This document shows, in pieces, positions 26,501 to 35,923 of a stretch of 64,000 nucleotides of DNA. Position 1 is the stretch's first letter; each line of letters starts with the position of its first letter. The notes under the pieces were generated by a model that was given only the letters and a program-made list of their open reading frames with translations, made no database searches and was not told where the DNA came from. The DNA is taken from contig JAAYTD010000002.1 in the NCBI GenBank assembly GCA_012518115.1, positions 13,710 to 77,709 on the forward strand. The letters run 5' to 3'. A program made the position numbers and the translations under genes. Source of the stretch: Ignavibacteria bacterium. GTDB taxonomy: Bacteria > Bacteroidota > Ignavibacteria > Kapaibacteriales > UBA2268.

Positions 26501-28776
26501 TTGATACAATTGGTGTAGCTAGTAACGAAGCGCTAGAAGATTCAATTCCTTCAATTATTTGTAAAATTCCCGAAGACATTATTAGTAGCGAAAATTATAA
26601 AATAAAACTACTAGCTACGAGCCCTTTAACTGAAATAATTTCAACAACAAAAATAGAGCTCGGCACCCCTAAAGTATTTGTAACTAAATTAATAAACAAA
26701 CAGTTTTGCAAAGGCTTTACTTTTGATATTGAAATTGAGGCAAACGACTGTTTTGAGCAAAACAATAAGTTTACTTTCTTCTTGAAAATTGGTGAAGACT
26801 GGCAAAAGATCGGCGAAAGTATAGAAAATAATAATGCTAAAATATCAATTCCCGATATACAAGAAATTGAACAAGGAAAATATCTAATGAAAATATCTTC
26901 ATCTGCTCCAACAACTGAAACCGAAGATTTTACAATTGAAATAGCTACTCCATATATTCAAATTGAAGAAATATCTCCTAATATTATTTGTGCTGGCAGA
27001 ATAGTACAGCTAAAATACTCATCTAATAAATGCTTTCTCGGAAACGATATTTTTCATATTGAATTATCCGATGAAAAAGGTGAGTTCAAAAATCCTGTAA
27101 AAAAAATAGGAAGTTTCACATTTAGCACAACAGATACTGTTGTTTCCGTTACCATTCCCGATAATTTAAGCGCTAGTGATTATAAAATCCGTTTGAGATC
27201 GGAAAAACTTACTTCTAAAGAATTCTCAATAAAAATTGAAAAAGCAAAAGTTGATTTAGATTTTGAAATATCGGATACAAAAGTTTTCTGTACAGGAACG
27301 GAAATACAACTTGATTATACTGCAAATGGTTGTTTTAATTTTGACAATGTTTTCACTTTTGAAATTTCTGATGAAAAAGGTGAATTTAATCTTTCAAAAC
27401 CTATAATTGTTGGCGAAGTTATATCTTCCAAAAGCGGTTCTTTAATTATTACAATACCGAATACTCTTGCACCAAGCGATAAATACAAATTAAAAGTTAC
27501 TTCTTCTTCACCAAAGAACACTTTCATTTTTGATAAGTATTTAAGTTTAGAAACTCCAAGAATAGAAATAGATTCACTGAAAAATTTACAGATTTGTATA
27601 AATACAGAAAAAAAAGGTGGAAAATCTGTTTTAAATTCAGAAATTCCTATAAAAATACCATTTTTCGCAAGCGATTGTTTTGACAGCACAACAAAATTTA
27701 TTTTGCAACTAGCTGCAAATAATGATTTTACGCAAGCTATGAACATAGATACTTGCAATTGGAATGAACGTTTTTTTGAATGTTTTTTCCCAAATGATTT
27801 AGAGGACTTACCGTATAGAATGCGTGTAATTTCTACTAATCCTAAAGTTGCAAGCAAAGATAACGGAGTTGATATTAAGTTTGCTAAACCCGACATCCAA
27901 TTTGCTAACTTCGTTCCTATATCTGTTTGTAAAAACGCATCAACTAAATTTGAATATTTAAGTACAATTTGCTTTAATGAAGATAATACTTTTTATTTAG
28001 AAATATCTGATAACACAGGAAATTTCTCTTTATCTCGAATAATTGCTCACAGTTCAGCGCTTGGTGAAGGTGTTTTCACTGCCGTTTTACCTGAAGATGT
28101 TCCAGCGGGCAATAGCTATAAATTGAGAATTCGTAGTACTTCACCTGCGAAAATTTTTGATAACGATAATTTACTTTTTATTGTCTCTGAACCAGAAATT
28201 TTAACAGGTAATTTGCATCGCACTGCTCTATCTCGCAATGATACAATTTATGTTCCATTCAACACGAATTGTTTAGAAAAAAATGAAACAGCTTTTATCG
28301 TGCAACTTTCCGACCCGTTTGGTAATTTCCGTTATCCTTTAGAGATAGGAAAAAGAACTGGTTGGGAAACGGAAGGCACAATACTAGCTAAAATTTCACA
28401 AAAAGCAAATAACGGTTCTAAATACAGAGTGCGAGTTATTTCAACGGATCCTAAGTTAATTATTGGAAATGACAATCAAAAAAATATTTCTATTTACGGT
28501 GATGTCGCACTCGAAGAAGAATTGAATAAATTGGAGATATTTCCTAATCCATTTACAGATAAAATAACTGTTAAAATAAATTCTAATGAATTGTTTAATT
28601 ATGATGAATTTAGTATAGAATTACAAGATTATCTTGGCAACACAATAGAACGTTTGGAAGCTATAGATAATTTGAGTTGCACAATTTCTACAAAACATTT
28701 AACTGCAGGCGTATATTTTTTAACAGTTTCCTCTCGTGATTTTATAAAAAAATACAAGCTTCTACGAATTAATTAA
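23575..28776 (+). CDS. Giant secreted protein: SBBP-like beta-propeller repeats plus nine ~95-aa Cys-pair repeat domains plus T9SS C-terminal sorting domain
   Basis: A signal peptide is present. Repeated YITGETYS.. FPTT.GAY....G..D.F..K motifs span aa ~240-720. Nine repeats of the pattern FC...CF....F.(L/I)SDE.G.F..P..I......IP....YKIR..S..P follow. The C-terminus LEIFPNPFTDKITVKI...LTAGVYFLTVSS is T9SS CTD-like. Confidence 0.7.
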   Translation: MKLFIQRIFILLAFFAIYPTILLSQQDLLKFIENRGQWEKEVKYLLKTKSFNAWITDSALIYDYYSLDFNKDNKSIDKVKGNVISMHILGTNSKSKFTPTKKQTTTFNYFIGNDQNKWKSNVSIYQEVLVENIYDKINLRYYLDKDFPEHLRYDFEVKENADLTQIEFNIKGADSVAINENNELIIITQENTFSHKNIYAYQSIDNINKQVPCYFLRKDNGAIGFKVDDYDKSYPLIIDPLIYSILIGSINADYAYSIAVDTLDAAYITGETYSPRFPITSGAYESYFNQNYSQHGSIDCFVAKISPDGKQLLHSTFIGGSKRERANHIALDSEQNIVIVGETESADTISPHTGFPLKSSNPNFAKYNGGWDVFIAKFNNSCSELIFSILLGSDLYDISGALAIDSLDRIYVAGQTQASSSKQFPTTTGAYSQTYQGGNNDAFISVINQSGNELLYSTLFGGTKEEAPTAILIDSYKNICIVGNTTSSNLPITPNSYQQLHRGKTDIFCTKFDSTLTNILYSTFIGGSDDDIVKDASIDNLNQIYCTGYAISNNFPTTNGAYCTQSSDSTDIIVFKLNSTFSDLLFSTTITSNSHSYATGIALDSNKNIHISGYTKSNDFPTTADAFFIDYSKYGDIVYVVFDSSGTHLNYSSYIGGKNYDYSYGIALDKAGSAYLVGTTTSNQDFPHSRIFTDTLVINNQIRTLDSYDAVVFKATDKPYPGEMETNINSFGNEFCPGTSQLIRIFTPHSFYLPGNIFSVQLSDSAGTFNSPTIIGTVEATATTDVSIQFPKNLPKSEKYRIRVVSSRPRSISNDNGQDIKIRDSFLHLESIDTTKGFCTEENVQLVVLKNNCFEKNNKFQVELSDENGNFSQPTIIAEKDIDKNIDTVIVEIPQITKSGDYKIRISSTNPKITSEERSIKLFKPEINIVTDQNLVFCANEVFELNFSANHCFKSDNNFYLILSNENGNFDNPNEIDTIGVASNEALEDSIPSIICKIPEDIISSENYKIKLLATSPLTEIISTTKIELGTPKVFVTKLINKQFCKGFTFDIEIEANDCFEQNNKFTFFLKIGEDWQKIGESIENNNAKISIPDIQEIEQGKYLMKISSSAPTTETEDFTIEIATPYIQIEEISPNIICAGRIVQLKYSSNKCFLGNDIFHIELSDEKGEFKNPVKKIGSFTFSTTDTVVSVTIPDNLSASDYKIRLRSEKLTSKEFSIKIEKAKVDLDFEISDTKVFCTGTEIQLDYTANGCFNFDNVFTFEISDEKGEFNLSKPIIVGEVISSKSGSLIITIPNTLAPSDKYKLKVTSSSPKNTFIFDKYLSLETPRIEIDSLKNLQICINTEKKGGKSVLNSEIPIKIPFFASDCFDSTTKFILQLAANNDFTQAMNIDTCNWNERFFECFFPNDLEDLPYRMRVISTNPKVASKDNGVDIKFAKPDIQFANFVPISVCKNASTKFEYLSTICFNEDNTFYLEISDNTGNFSLSRIIAHSSALGEGVFTAVLPEDVPAGNSYKLRIRSTSPAKIFDNDNLLFIVSEPEILTGNLHRTALSRNDTIYVPFNTNCLEKNETAFIVQLSDPFGNFRYPLEIGKRTGWETEGTILAKISQKANNGSKYRVRVISTDPKLIIGNDNQKNISIYGDVALEEELNKLEIFPNPFTDKITVKINSNELFNYDEFSIELQDYLGNTIERLEAIDNLSCTISTKHLTAGVYFLTVSSRDFIKKYKLLRIN
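25780..28495. repeat. Nine tandem in-frame repeat domains (~95 aa each) within the 1733-aa ORF
   Basis: Counted by eye from the translation. Each unit starts near a conserved Cys (FCxG/FCxN) and ends with YK(I/L)R(I/V)xSxxP. The boundaries are approximate. Confidence 0.6.
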
Positions 28777-28826
28777 AATGAAAATCGAAAAAATAAATGA
28801 AGTAGGAAATATTGAATTATTTTTAC

Positions 28827-28834
28827 TATATTTG
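28827..28834 (+). promoter_or_regulatory. Candidate -7 promoter element (TATATTTG) upstream of lpdA
   Basis: It matches TAnnTTTG and lies about 46 nt upstream of the ATG at 28880. Confidence 0.3.
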
Positions 28835-28879
28835 TGAATATAATTTTTAGAAAAAATAATAATCAAAGGAATAATTACA

Positions 28880-30283
28880 ATGAATACTCATAATGCTGAT
28901 GTTGTTGTTATAGGTGCTGGACCGGGCGGATATGTTGCTGCGGTTCGTTGTTCTCAACTTGGATTAAAAACTATTTGTGTTGAAAGAGAACATCTTGGAG
29001 GTATATGTTTGAATTGGGGTTGCATCCCTACTAAAGCCTTACTTCGTAGTGCAGAATATATGCATTTTTTAAAAAAGCCTGATGAATTCGGTTTTACTAT
29101 TCCAAATTACGATGTAGATTTCGGTAAAGTTGTAGAACGAAGTCGCACCGTATCAAGCAGAATGTCGCAAGGCATAGCTTTCCTATTTAAAAAATATAAG
29201 GTTGAAAGTATTAGCGGACATGGCACAATCACTTCCAAAAATACTATTGAAGTTAAAGACGCTGATGGAAAAATAACGGACAAAATTGAAACAAAAAATA
29301 TAATCATAGCTACAGGCTCTAGACCTAGAATGTTTCCGGGTATAGAAGTTGACCGCGAAAAAGTTATAACAAGTCGCGAAGCAATGATTCAAAAGCAAAT
29401 ACCAAAATCTTTAGTTGTAATGGGAGCGGGCGCTATCGGCGTAGAGTTCGCTTATTTTTACAATGCTTTTGGAACTCAAGTAACAATAGTAGAAATGCAA
29501 GACCGCATTTTACCTATAGAAGATGCTGATATATCTAGAGAATTAGAAAGAAATTACCGTAAAGAAAAAATTAGAATTCTAACTAAAACACGAGTTATTT
29601 CGGCAAAAACTGTTGGAGATCAAGTAGAAGTTGTAGTACAAAAACAAGACGGGACAGAAGAAACATTAGTTGCTGATTTAGCACTCAATGCTATTGGAAT
29701 TCAAGCAAATATAGAAAATATAGGATTAGAAAATATTGGTATCCACATTGAACGCGGTTTCTTACCTGTCGGCAAAGATTTACGCACAAACGTTCCTAAC
29801 GTTTTTGCTATTGGTGATATAGCAGGAGCTCCTTGGCTTGCTCATAAAGCTAGTGCCGAAGGCGTTGCTGTTGCAGAAATTATTGCAGGAAATAATAATA
29901 AATTTGTTGATTATAAAAACATTCCGGGCTGCACTTATTGCCAACCGCAAGTAGCTTCTGTCGGAATAAGTGAAGCAAAAGCAAAAGAACTTGGATTTGA
30001 CGTAAAAATCGGGAAATTTCCTTTTACAGCTTGCGGAAAGGCACATGCTATCGGCGAGGCACGCGGTTTTGTAAAATTAGTATTTGATGCAAAAACAGAT
30101 CTACTTTTAGGAGCTCATTTAATAGGACCTGAAGTTACTGAACTTTTAGGCGAATTATCGCTAGCAAAAGCTAACAACTTAACAGCTAGACAAATTGTTG
30201 ATACTATACATGCTCATCCAACATTAAGTGAATCTGTTATGGAAGCAGCAGCTCAAGCATTAAATGAAACAGTTAATTTATAA
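28880..30283 (+). CDS. lpdA: Dihydrolipoyl dehydrogenase
   Basis: The FAD motif is VVVIGAGPGGY. The redox-active disulfide is GGICLNWGCIPTK. The NAD motif is VVMGAGAIGVE. The C-terminal interface is HAHPTLSE. Confidence 0.95.
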   Translation: MNTHNADVVVIGAGPGGYVAAVRCSQLGLKTICVEREHLGGICLNWGCIPTKALLRSAEYMHFLKKPDEFGFTIPNYDVDFGKVVERSRTVSSRMSQGIAFLFKKYKVESISGHGTITSKNTIEVKDADGKITDKIETKNIIIATGSRPRMFPGIEVDREKVITSREAMIQKQIPKSLVVMGAGAIGVEFAYFYNAFGTQVTIVEMQDRILPIEDADISRELERNYRKEKIRILTKTRVISAKTVGDQVEVVVQKQDGTEETLVADLALNAIGIQANIENIGLENIGIHIERGFLPVGKDLRTNVPNVFAIGDIAGAPWLAHKASAEGVAVAEIIAGNNNKFVDYKNIPGCTYCQPQVASVGISEAKAKELGFDVKIGKFPFTACGKAHAIGEARGFVKLVFDAKTDLLLGAHLIGPEVTELLGELSLAKANNLTARQIVDTIHAHPTLSESVMEAAAQALNETVNL

Positions 30284-30353
30284 AAAATAATTAGTTAACA
30301 AATCAATTGTTTCTGAAACTTTTATTTATATAAACAGTACAGTAGTATCGCTT

Positions 30354-30361
30354 TATTTTTG
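30354..30361 (+). promoter_or_regulatory. Candidate -7 promoter element (TATTTTTG)
   Basis: It matches TAnnTTTG and lies about 43 nt upstream of the ATG at 30404. Confidence 0.3.
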
Positions 30362-30403
30362 ATAATTTTTTAATTTTATAAATAATTTTTATGAGGATAT
30401 TCA

Positions 30404-32425
30404 ATGAGAAACTTCTTCCTATTGATATTTTTTAATTTAATTTTAATAGTTGCTAGCACTAATTTAGAGTTAAATGCTCAAGTTGAATCAAATCGTTTAG
30501 CAGTTGGTGGTCATTATAATGGAACAAAATACTGGGGTGAACTATCTGATAATCAATTTTGGATGGGTGGTGATCTTTTTGTACGTTGGAACATAACAGA
30601 ATTTCTTTCTCTTCATGGAACATTCGGCGTTAATCAAATTAGAATGAAAACTGATGCGATAAAAAAAGATTATCCTGATTATTTCGACAAATACTATCCT
30701 GAAGGAGTTGGTCTGCAAGATTACTTTTCTAACAGATTGATTACTGCTGATTTAATGGCAGCTATACATATCTTCCCTAGCGAAGGTTTTGTTCCATATT
30801 TATTTGGTGGAATTGGCTACTTAAATCATGATCCTAAAGCCGACAAAACGGGCAGTGCAAATAATAGCACTAAAAATATATTTGATGCTGGAAAAGAAAA
30901 AGAACGTAACGGAATTTCTTTCCCTGTAGGTTTAGGAATAGAGTTCTATCTAACTGACGATTTAGTAATGAACATCAAGGGTACTTATAGAATTTTGACA
31001 ACAGATTACATTGACGACATTCCTGACGAAGCTGCTGGCAATGGTTTTGGCTGGAAAAACTCTAATGCTCCTGAACCAACTAGAGTTGGAAAAAATGGTG
31101 TTGACAAACTTCTAACTTTTGGACTTGGATTTTCATACTATATCTTTGGCGAAACTGATTACGATAAAGATGGACTTTCAAACTCGCTTGAAAAAACATT
31201 AGGCACAGATCCTTTAAATCCTGATACTGACGGAGATGGAATAACGGACGGTGATGAGTATTATAAATATAAAACTGATCCGTTAAATCCTGATACTGAC
31301 GGAGACGGAATAAATGATTATGATGAAATTTTTAAATATAAAACTGATCCAAACAGAGCAGATTCAGATAATGACGGATTAAACGATTACGATGAAATTT
31401 TCCGCCACAAAACTGATCCTTTGAATCACGATACTGACGGAGACGGAGTAACAGACGGTGACGAAGTAAATATTTATAAAACGAACCCATTGGTTGCCGA
31501 TACTGACGGAGACGGAATAAATGATTACGACGAAATTTTCAAATATAAAACAAATCCGTTATTAGAAGACACTGATCAAGACGGAATAAATGATTACGAT
31601 GAAATTTTCAAATATAAAACTGACCCGCTCAATAAAGATACTGATGATGACGGATTATCTGACGGTGATGAGATAAATAAATATAAAACTGATCCGCTCA
31701 ATAAAGATACTGATGGTGACGGATTATCTGACGGTGATGAGATAAATAAATATAAAACTGACCCGCTTAATAAAGATACTGATAATGACGGATTAACTGA
31801 CGGAGAAGAAGTAAATATATACAAAACAAACCCATTAGATCCTGATACCGATAAAGATAAATTAACAGATGGGCATGAAGTTAACGTAACAAAAACAAAT
31901 CCATTAGATCCTGATACTGATAAAGATGCAATTATTGACGGCGAAGATGATTGTCCGTTAACACCAGGTGTTGTAAGTGATGAACCGGGTAAAAATGGTT
32001 GTCCAGCTGTCGTAAAAGTTGGAACGAAAATGGATTTCCCTGACATCTTATTTGTTGTAGGTAAAGCTGAATTTAACTTTGAAGAGCCAGCAACAGCATT
32101 AAATCTTGCTAAACTTCTTCAATATGTTAACCAATGTGATAGTTTACAAGTAAAGATAGAAGGACACTCCTCATCAGAAGGAAACGCTAAAAGAAATCAA
32201 ACACTTTCTGAACAAAGAGCTAAAAAAGTTATTGAGTGGTTACTTATGCAAGGCGTTCTTCCAAGTAAAATTGTAGGCGGAGTTGGATACGGTTCTTCTC
32301 AACCAAAAGTACAAGAGCCAACAAAGAAAGAAGCTCGTAATATGACTAAAGAAGAAATTGAAAATATACGTAAACAAAACAGAAGGATTACTGTTGAAGT
32401 TGTAAGAACTTGTGGTGATATTTAA
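30404..32425 (+). CDS. OmpA-family outer-membrane protein with thrombospondin type 3 (calcium-binding) repeats
   Basis: A signal peptide and an N-terminal beta-barrel-like region are present. About 14 repeats of DTDGDG(I/L)xDxDE...YKTDPLN follow. The C-terminal OmpA-like domain has IEGHSSSEGNAKRNQTLSEQRAKKV. Confidence 0.85.
   Translation: MRNFFLLIFFNLILIVASTNLELNAQVESNRLAVGGHYNGTKYWGELSDNQFWMGGDLFVRWNITEFLSLHGTFGVNQIRMKTDAIKKDYPDYFDKYYPEGVGLQDYFSNRLITADLMAAIHIFPSEGFVPYLFGGIGYLNHDPKADKTGSANNSTKNIFDAGKEKERNGISFPVGLGIEFYLTDDLVMNIKGTYRILTTDYIDDIPDEAAGNGFGWKNSNAPEPTRVGKNGVDKLLTFGLGFSYYIFGETDYDKDGLSNSLEKTLGTDPLNPDTDGDGITDGDEYYKYKTDPLNPDTDGDGINDYDEIFKYKTDPNRADSDNDGLNDYDEIFRHKTDPLNHDTDGDGVTDGDEVNIYKTNPLVADTDGDGINDYDEIFKYKTNPLLEDTDQDGINDYDEIFKYKTDPLNKDTDDDGLSDGDEINKYKTDPLNKDTDGDGLSDGDEINKYKTDPLNKDTDNDGLTDGEEVNIYKTNPLDPDTDKDKLTDGHEVNVTKTNPLDPDTDKDAIIDGEDDCPLTPGVVSDEPGKNGCPAVVKVGTKMDFPDILFVVGKAEFNFEEPATALNLAKLLQYVNQCDSLQVKIEGHSSSEGNAKRNQTLSEQRAKKVIEWLLMQGVLPSKIVGGVGYGSSQPKVQEPTKKEARNMTKEEIENIRKQNRRITVEVVRTCGDI
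31190..31930. repeat. In-frame TSP3-type Asp-rich repeat array
   Basis: There is a repeating 23-aa unit of about 69 bp. Several adjacent copies are nearly identical at DNA level, for example gataaataaatataaaactgatccgctcaataaagatactgat. Confidence 0.7.
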
Positions 32426-32454
32426 GTCATTTTACACTTCTTAATTAAAAACAC

Positions 32455-32495
32455 AAAAACTCACTTGAAGTAAAAATTCAAGTGAGTTTTTTCAA
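32455..32495 (+). terminator. Intrinsic terminator after the OmpA/TSP3 gene
   Basis: aaaaactcacttgaa-gtaaaaa-ttcaagtgagttttt forms a 15-bp stem with a T-run. Confidence 0.8.
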
Positions 32496-32585
32496 ATTAT
32501 TATTTTTAATCATTTTTTTTTATTATATTGCACTTCTAATTTTATTAATTTTAAAATTTTATAAATTTTTTATTCAAAAAGAGGT

Positions 32586-35513
32586 ATGAACATGCGCTAT
32601 ATCAACTTTTTACTGATAACATTATTATCTTTTTTCTCTCATATTGCTATAGCAGAAACTAATATGAAAATATTTGAATTGCAAACAAAAGACGGAATTC
32701 AAAAAATCCAGATTCAAGAAAGAAATGAAGTATTTCTTCCACAAGAAATAATATCAATATCTAATGCAGACATTAAATTTAACGATAAATACACTCGTTC
32801 TCTTTCGCAAGTACGTAAAAATAATGGACGATTTGTCAATATAGGTGCTGTTGATGAAAATACTGATATTGAAACAGTTTGCCGTAACTTTTTAGAGAAA
32901 AATTACGATCAATTATCTATTGATCACAACAATTTACAATTGAAGAAAGCAGAATTTGCAGGTAATCGCTGGTATGTTATATTTAATCAAATACATAATG
33001 GTATTTCAGTAAAATCTTCTTCTGTACGTTTTACTATAGCTAAAAATGGAAATATCCAAACTTTTGAAGCTACCTATTTTGATGACATTACTTTATCTGC
33101 CGATAAACCTTCTGTATCAACTTTAGAATGTAAAAAAGCTGCTATTATAGGCTTACCGTCTTCGGAAGAAAATTATAATTTCAAGAGACTAAACAATGAT
33201 AGCCCAGTTATAGTTCCATATTTATTAAATGGCAAATACTCCTATCGCTTAGCTTATGAATATGAAGTTACGAATATGATTGAATTTTATACTGCTCTTG
33301 TTGATGCTAAAACAGGCGCGCTTTTATCACGTTACAATCATACAAATGAAGCTTTTGCTAAGGGTGATGTTTATAATAACCCTAATGCCCCATTAGTTAA
33401 TTCACCTATAGGAAATGCTACATTTTCAATAGCTGGCAAAAATTATATAAGTAATAGAAATGGCAGTATAGATTTACCTGCTGGATCTGCAAACAAACAG
33501 TTTACAACTAATTTGTCGGGGAAATTTGCTAAGATGTACACTACAGATAAATTAGCAAAAGACGGAAGTACACAAATAAAACCGTATTCTTTTACTGGAA
33601 CAGTTAATGATGACGGTATAAATATGATAGGTAAGACAGATAATTTTGATGAAGTTGTAAGAACTTTATATTACCACACAAACTTTATTCATGATTATAT
33701 AACAAATATTGATGGACAATTTAATGCATATTTAACAGAATTTCCCTGCATTGTAGAACTTTTACCTGCAAGTAGTTTGGAAAAAATTACTGGAATTACT
33801 TTTAATGCTTTTTCAAGTGGCGACAAATCAATATCTTTTTATGCTGCTAACCATAATATTATATTAATAGGACGACTTCCTTCTGTTATATACCATGAAT
33901 ATGGACATTCCATAAATTATGTAATGTATTCTAATTGGAGTAAACATGGTAGAATGATAAGTTCAACATGTAATGAAGCACTTGCTGATATTACTGCTGC
34001 TTTTGCTCTTGATAGCCCTGATATATTTGAAAATGCTGTAGCTCCTGGTTACGAACAATATTTATCTCGATATAATTTAACAAGAAATCTTGATAATGAT
34101 TATACCTATCCTGAAATATTAATTCACGAATGTCATCACGATAGTCAAGTTTTATCTGGAGCATTATGGGATTTACGTAAAGCTATAGGCATAGAAATGG
34201 CAGAATTAATTGTACATTTTGCACGTCGTGAAGCTCCTGACGCTTTTACATTAGATGCAGCGTTAGCAAATTGGTTTGAAGCAGTTGTAAAAGCTGCTGA
34301 TGGTGGCATGGGCGAATTCCTATATTTTGATGAAATTTTGCAAGCTTTTGATAGACATAAAATCGGTTTCAATTTGTTAGCAAAAACTCGTTTTGAACAT
34401 AAAGGAACAGACGATAGTGAAGATTTAATATCACTTCCTATCGTTGCACAATTGCCTGAACTCTATATGCCAAAACAAGTTGAAGAAGTTTTTGTAAATT
34501 ACTATACAAATTGGGACAGTGAAGTACAAACAATAGCTTTGACAAAAAATGGTGATACATATGAAGGAAAATTACCTAAACCGGATAAAGTAACACGATA
34601 TTACTATTATTTTACAATGAAAAATCCTTATAACGGAGAGTTAATAAGAAGTCCAAGAAATCATATTGCATTTGTAGGTTATAAAAAACTCTATGAAAAC
34701 AATTGTGAAACTATAGCAAATTGGGAAGTAACTAATGAAAATAACACTGAAAGAGGTTGGATAAACAAAGAACCTACTTATGCTTTTGTTAGTTCACCAG
34801 AAGCTTTATTAAGCCCCATAGTAGATCATACAACTGGACAAGGAAAATGTTGGAGAACCGGATATGAAGTAGTAAATTATGCTATAAAAACTTTACATAG
34901 TACATCAACACTAACGTCACCTACTATTACATTTTCAGGTGAATATCCTATATTTTCATATTACTACTATTTATTGAATACAAATACTTATAGTGGTTCA
35001 TTAAAAATTGAATTTAGTTTTGATAATGGACAAACTTGGGTGTTAGCTAAAGAATACAGTAAACAAGTACATTTCCCTGAAGCTTGGACATGGAAACGTG
35101 ATTTTATTCATATAAGAAAATTTGCAGGTGAAAATCCAAATTATAGTAATATGAAAGTAAGATTTGTAGCTTTCGGCAACTCAACCTCAGGATATTTTAC
35201 ATTCTTTGTTGATGATATCGCTATATATAATACTGATACACCCGGTAGCATTGATGTTGATAAAATTGTAAATAATATTACTATTTCACCAAATCCTGCA
35301 TCTTATGAAGCTGAATTGAAGTTTAACAGAGAATTAATAAATCCTGAAATTAATGTAATAGATGCTCTTGGAAATATCATTTACAGCATTAAAACAGATG
35401 GTAATTATTCAACTTTCCCATTAAATGTAAATAATCTTGAATCAGGTGTTTATTTCTTACAAATTAATTCGGGCAAAACTACTTTACAAACTAATTTAAC
35501 TGTTGTTAAATAA
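32586..35513 (+). CDS. Secreted zinc metalloprotease (HExxH) with FTP/PepSY-like propeptide and T9SS C-terminal sorting domain
   Basis: A signal peptide is present. The propeptide-like region is RWYVIFNQIHNGISVKSSSVRFTIAKNGNIQTF. The zinc motif is VIYHEYGHSI (HEYGH). The C-terminus ITISPNPASYEAELKF...LESGVYFLQINSG is T9SS CTD-like. The ATG at 32592 has better SD spacing (AGAGGT) and may be the true start. Confidence 0.7.
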   Translation: MNMRYINFLLITLLSFFSHIAIAETNMKIFELQTKDGIQKIQIQERNEVFLPQEIISISNADIKFNDKYTRSLSQVRKNNGRFVNIGAVDENTDIETVCRNFLEKNYDQLSIDHNNLQLKKAEFAGNRWYVIFNQIHNGISVKSSSVRFTIAKNGNIQTFEATYFDDITLSADKPSVSTLECKKAAIIGLPSSEENYNFKRLNNDSPVIVPYLLNGKYSYRLAYEYEVTNMIEFYTALVDAKTGALLSRYNHTNEAFAKGDVYNNPNAPLVNSPIGNATFSIAGKNYISNRNGSIDLPAGSANKQFTTNLSGKFAKMYTTDKLAKDGSTQIKPYSFTGTVNDDGINMIGKTDNFDEVVRTLYYHTNFIHDYITNIDGQFNAYLTEFPCIVELLPASSLEKITGITFNAFSSGDKSISFYAANHNIILIGRLPSVIYHEYGHSINYVMYSNWSKHGRMISSTCNEALADITAAFALDSPDIFENAVAPGYEQYLSRYNLTRNLDNDYTYPEILIHECHHDSQVLSGALWDLRKAIGIEMAELIVHFARREAPDAFTLDAALANWFEAVVKAADGGMGEFLYFDEILQAFDRHKIGFNLLAKTRFEHKGTDDSEDLISLPIVAQLPELYMPKQVEEVFVNYYTNWDSEVQTIALTKNGDTYEGKLPKPDKVTRYYYYFTMKNPYNGELIRSPRNHIAFVGYKKLYENNCETIANWEVTNENNTERGWINKEPTYAFVSSPEALLSPIVDHTTGQGKCWRTGYEVVNYAIKTLHSTSTLTSPTITFSGEYPIFSYYYYLLNTNTYSGSLKIEFSFDNGQTWVLAKEYSKQVHFPEAWTWKRDFIHIRKFAGENPNYSNMKVRFVAFGNSTSGYFTFFVDDIAIYNTDTPGSIDVDKIVNNITISPNPASYEAELKFNRELINPEINVIDALGNIIYSIKTDGNYSTFPLNVNNLESGVYFLQINSGKTTLQTNLTVVK

Positions 35514-35543
35514 GTATAAATCTTTTATAAGTTAATAAATTAG

Positions 35544-35579
35544 GGCTGTTTCCATTTTTCGGAATACAGCCTTTTTTTT
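35544..35579 (+). terminator. Intrinsic terminator after the metalloprotease gene
   Basis: ggctgtttcc-atttttc-ggaatacagcc (one bulge) is followed by tttttttt. Confidence 0.65.
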
Positions 35580-35615
35580 GCTTGACTTTGCCGTTAGACT
35601 GACGAAGTAGTTATT

Positions 35616-35768
35616 TTGTTGTCTGAACTATAACTTATATGATTAGCGTGATCTTGAAATTCCCTTCCCAGAAGGGGCAGGCGAAGCCTGACGGGATAGT
35701 CAACAAACCACACCTCCCCTGCTACGCAGATACTCCTCTCAAGAGGAGAATTTTCCGCTCAGCGAAGT
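35616..35768. repeat. Hairpin-module repeat mosaic (locus C)
   Basis: It contains gtctgaac. U2 (reverse) is gaaattcccttcccagaaggggcaggcgaagcctgacgggatagtc. U1 (reverse) is ccacacctcccctgctacgcagatactcctctcaagaggagaattttccgctcagcgaag. The module order here is U2 then U1, opposite to locus B. Confidence 0.8.
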
Positions 35769-35923
35769 TGTCAAATTAGTATAACAATTTAGAGATAAAA
35801 AACTGTTTTTGATAAAAAATGTAACATTAATTTTAATTTATTTTTTTAATTCGTATTATTTCTGTATTTTTTAAACAGCTGAAATTAATCAACCAAATTA
35901 ATAATAACTATGGAGATTTTCTT

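Noticed and set aside
31594-32046. A 150-aa antisense ORF, and other long antisense or overlapping ORFs (27315-27896, 21989-22321, 37717-38064, 12581-12919, 13040-13258, 9573-9815 and others).
   Set aside because: These are shadow frames of well-supported genes on the opposite strand. Their composition is low-complexity, driven by repeat or AT-rich sequence.
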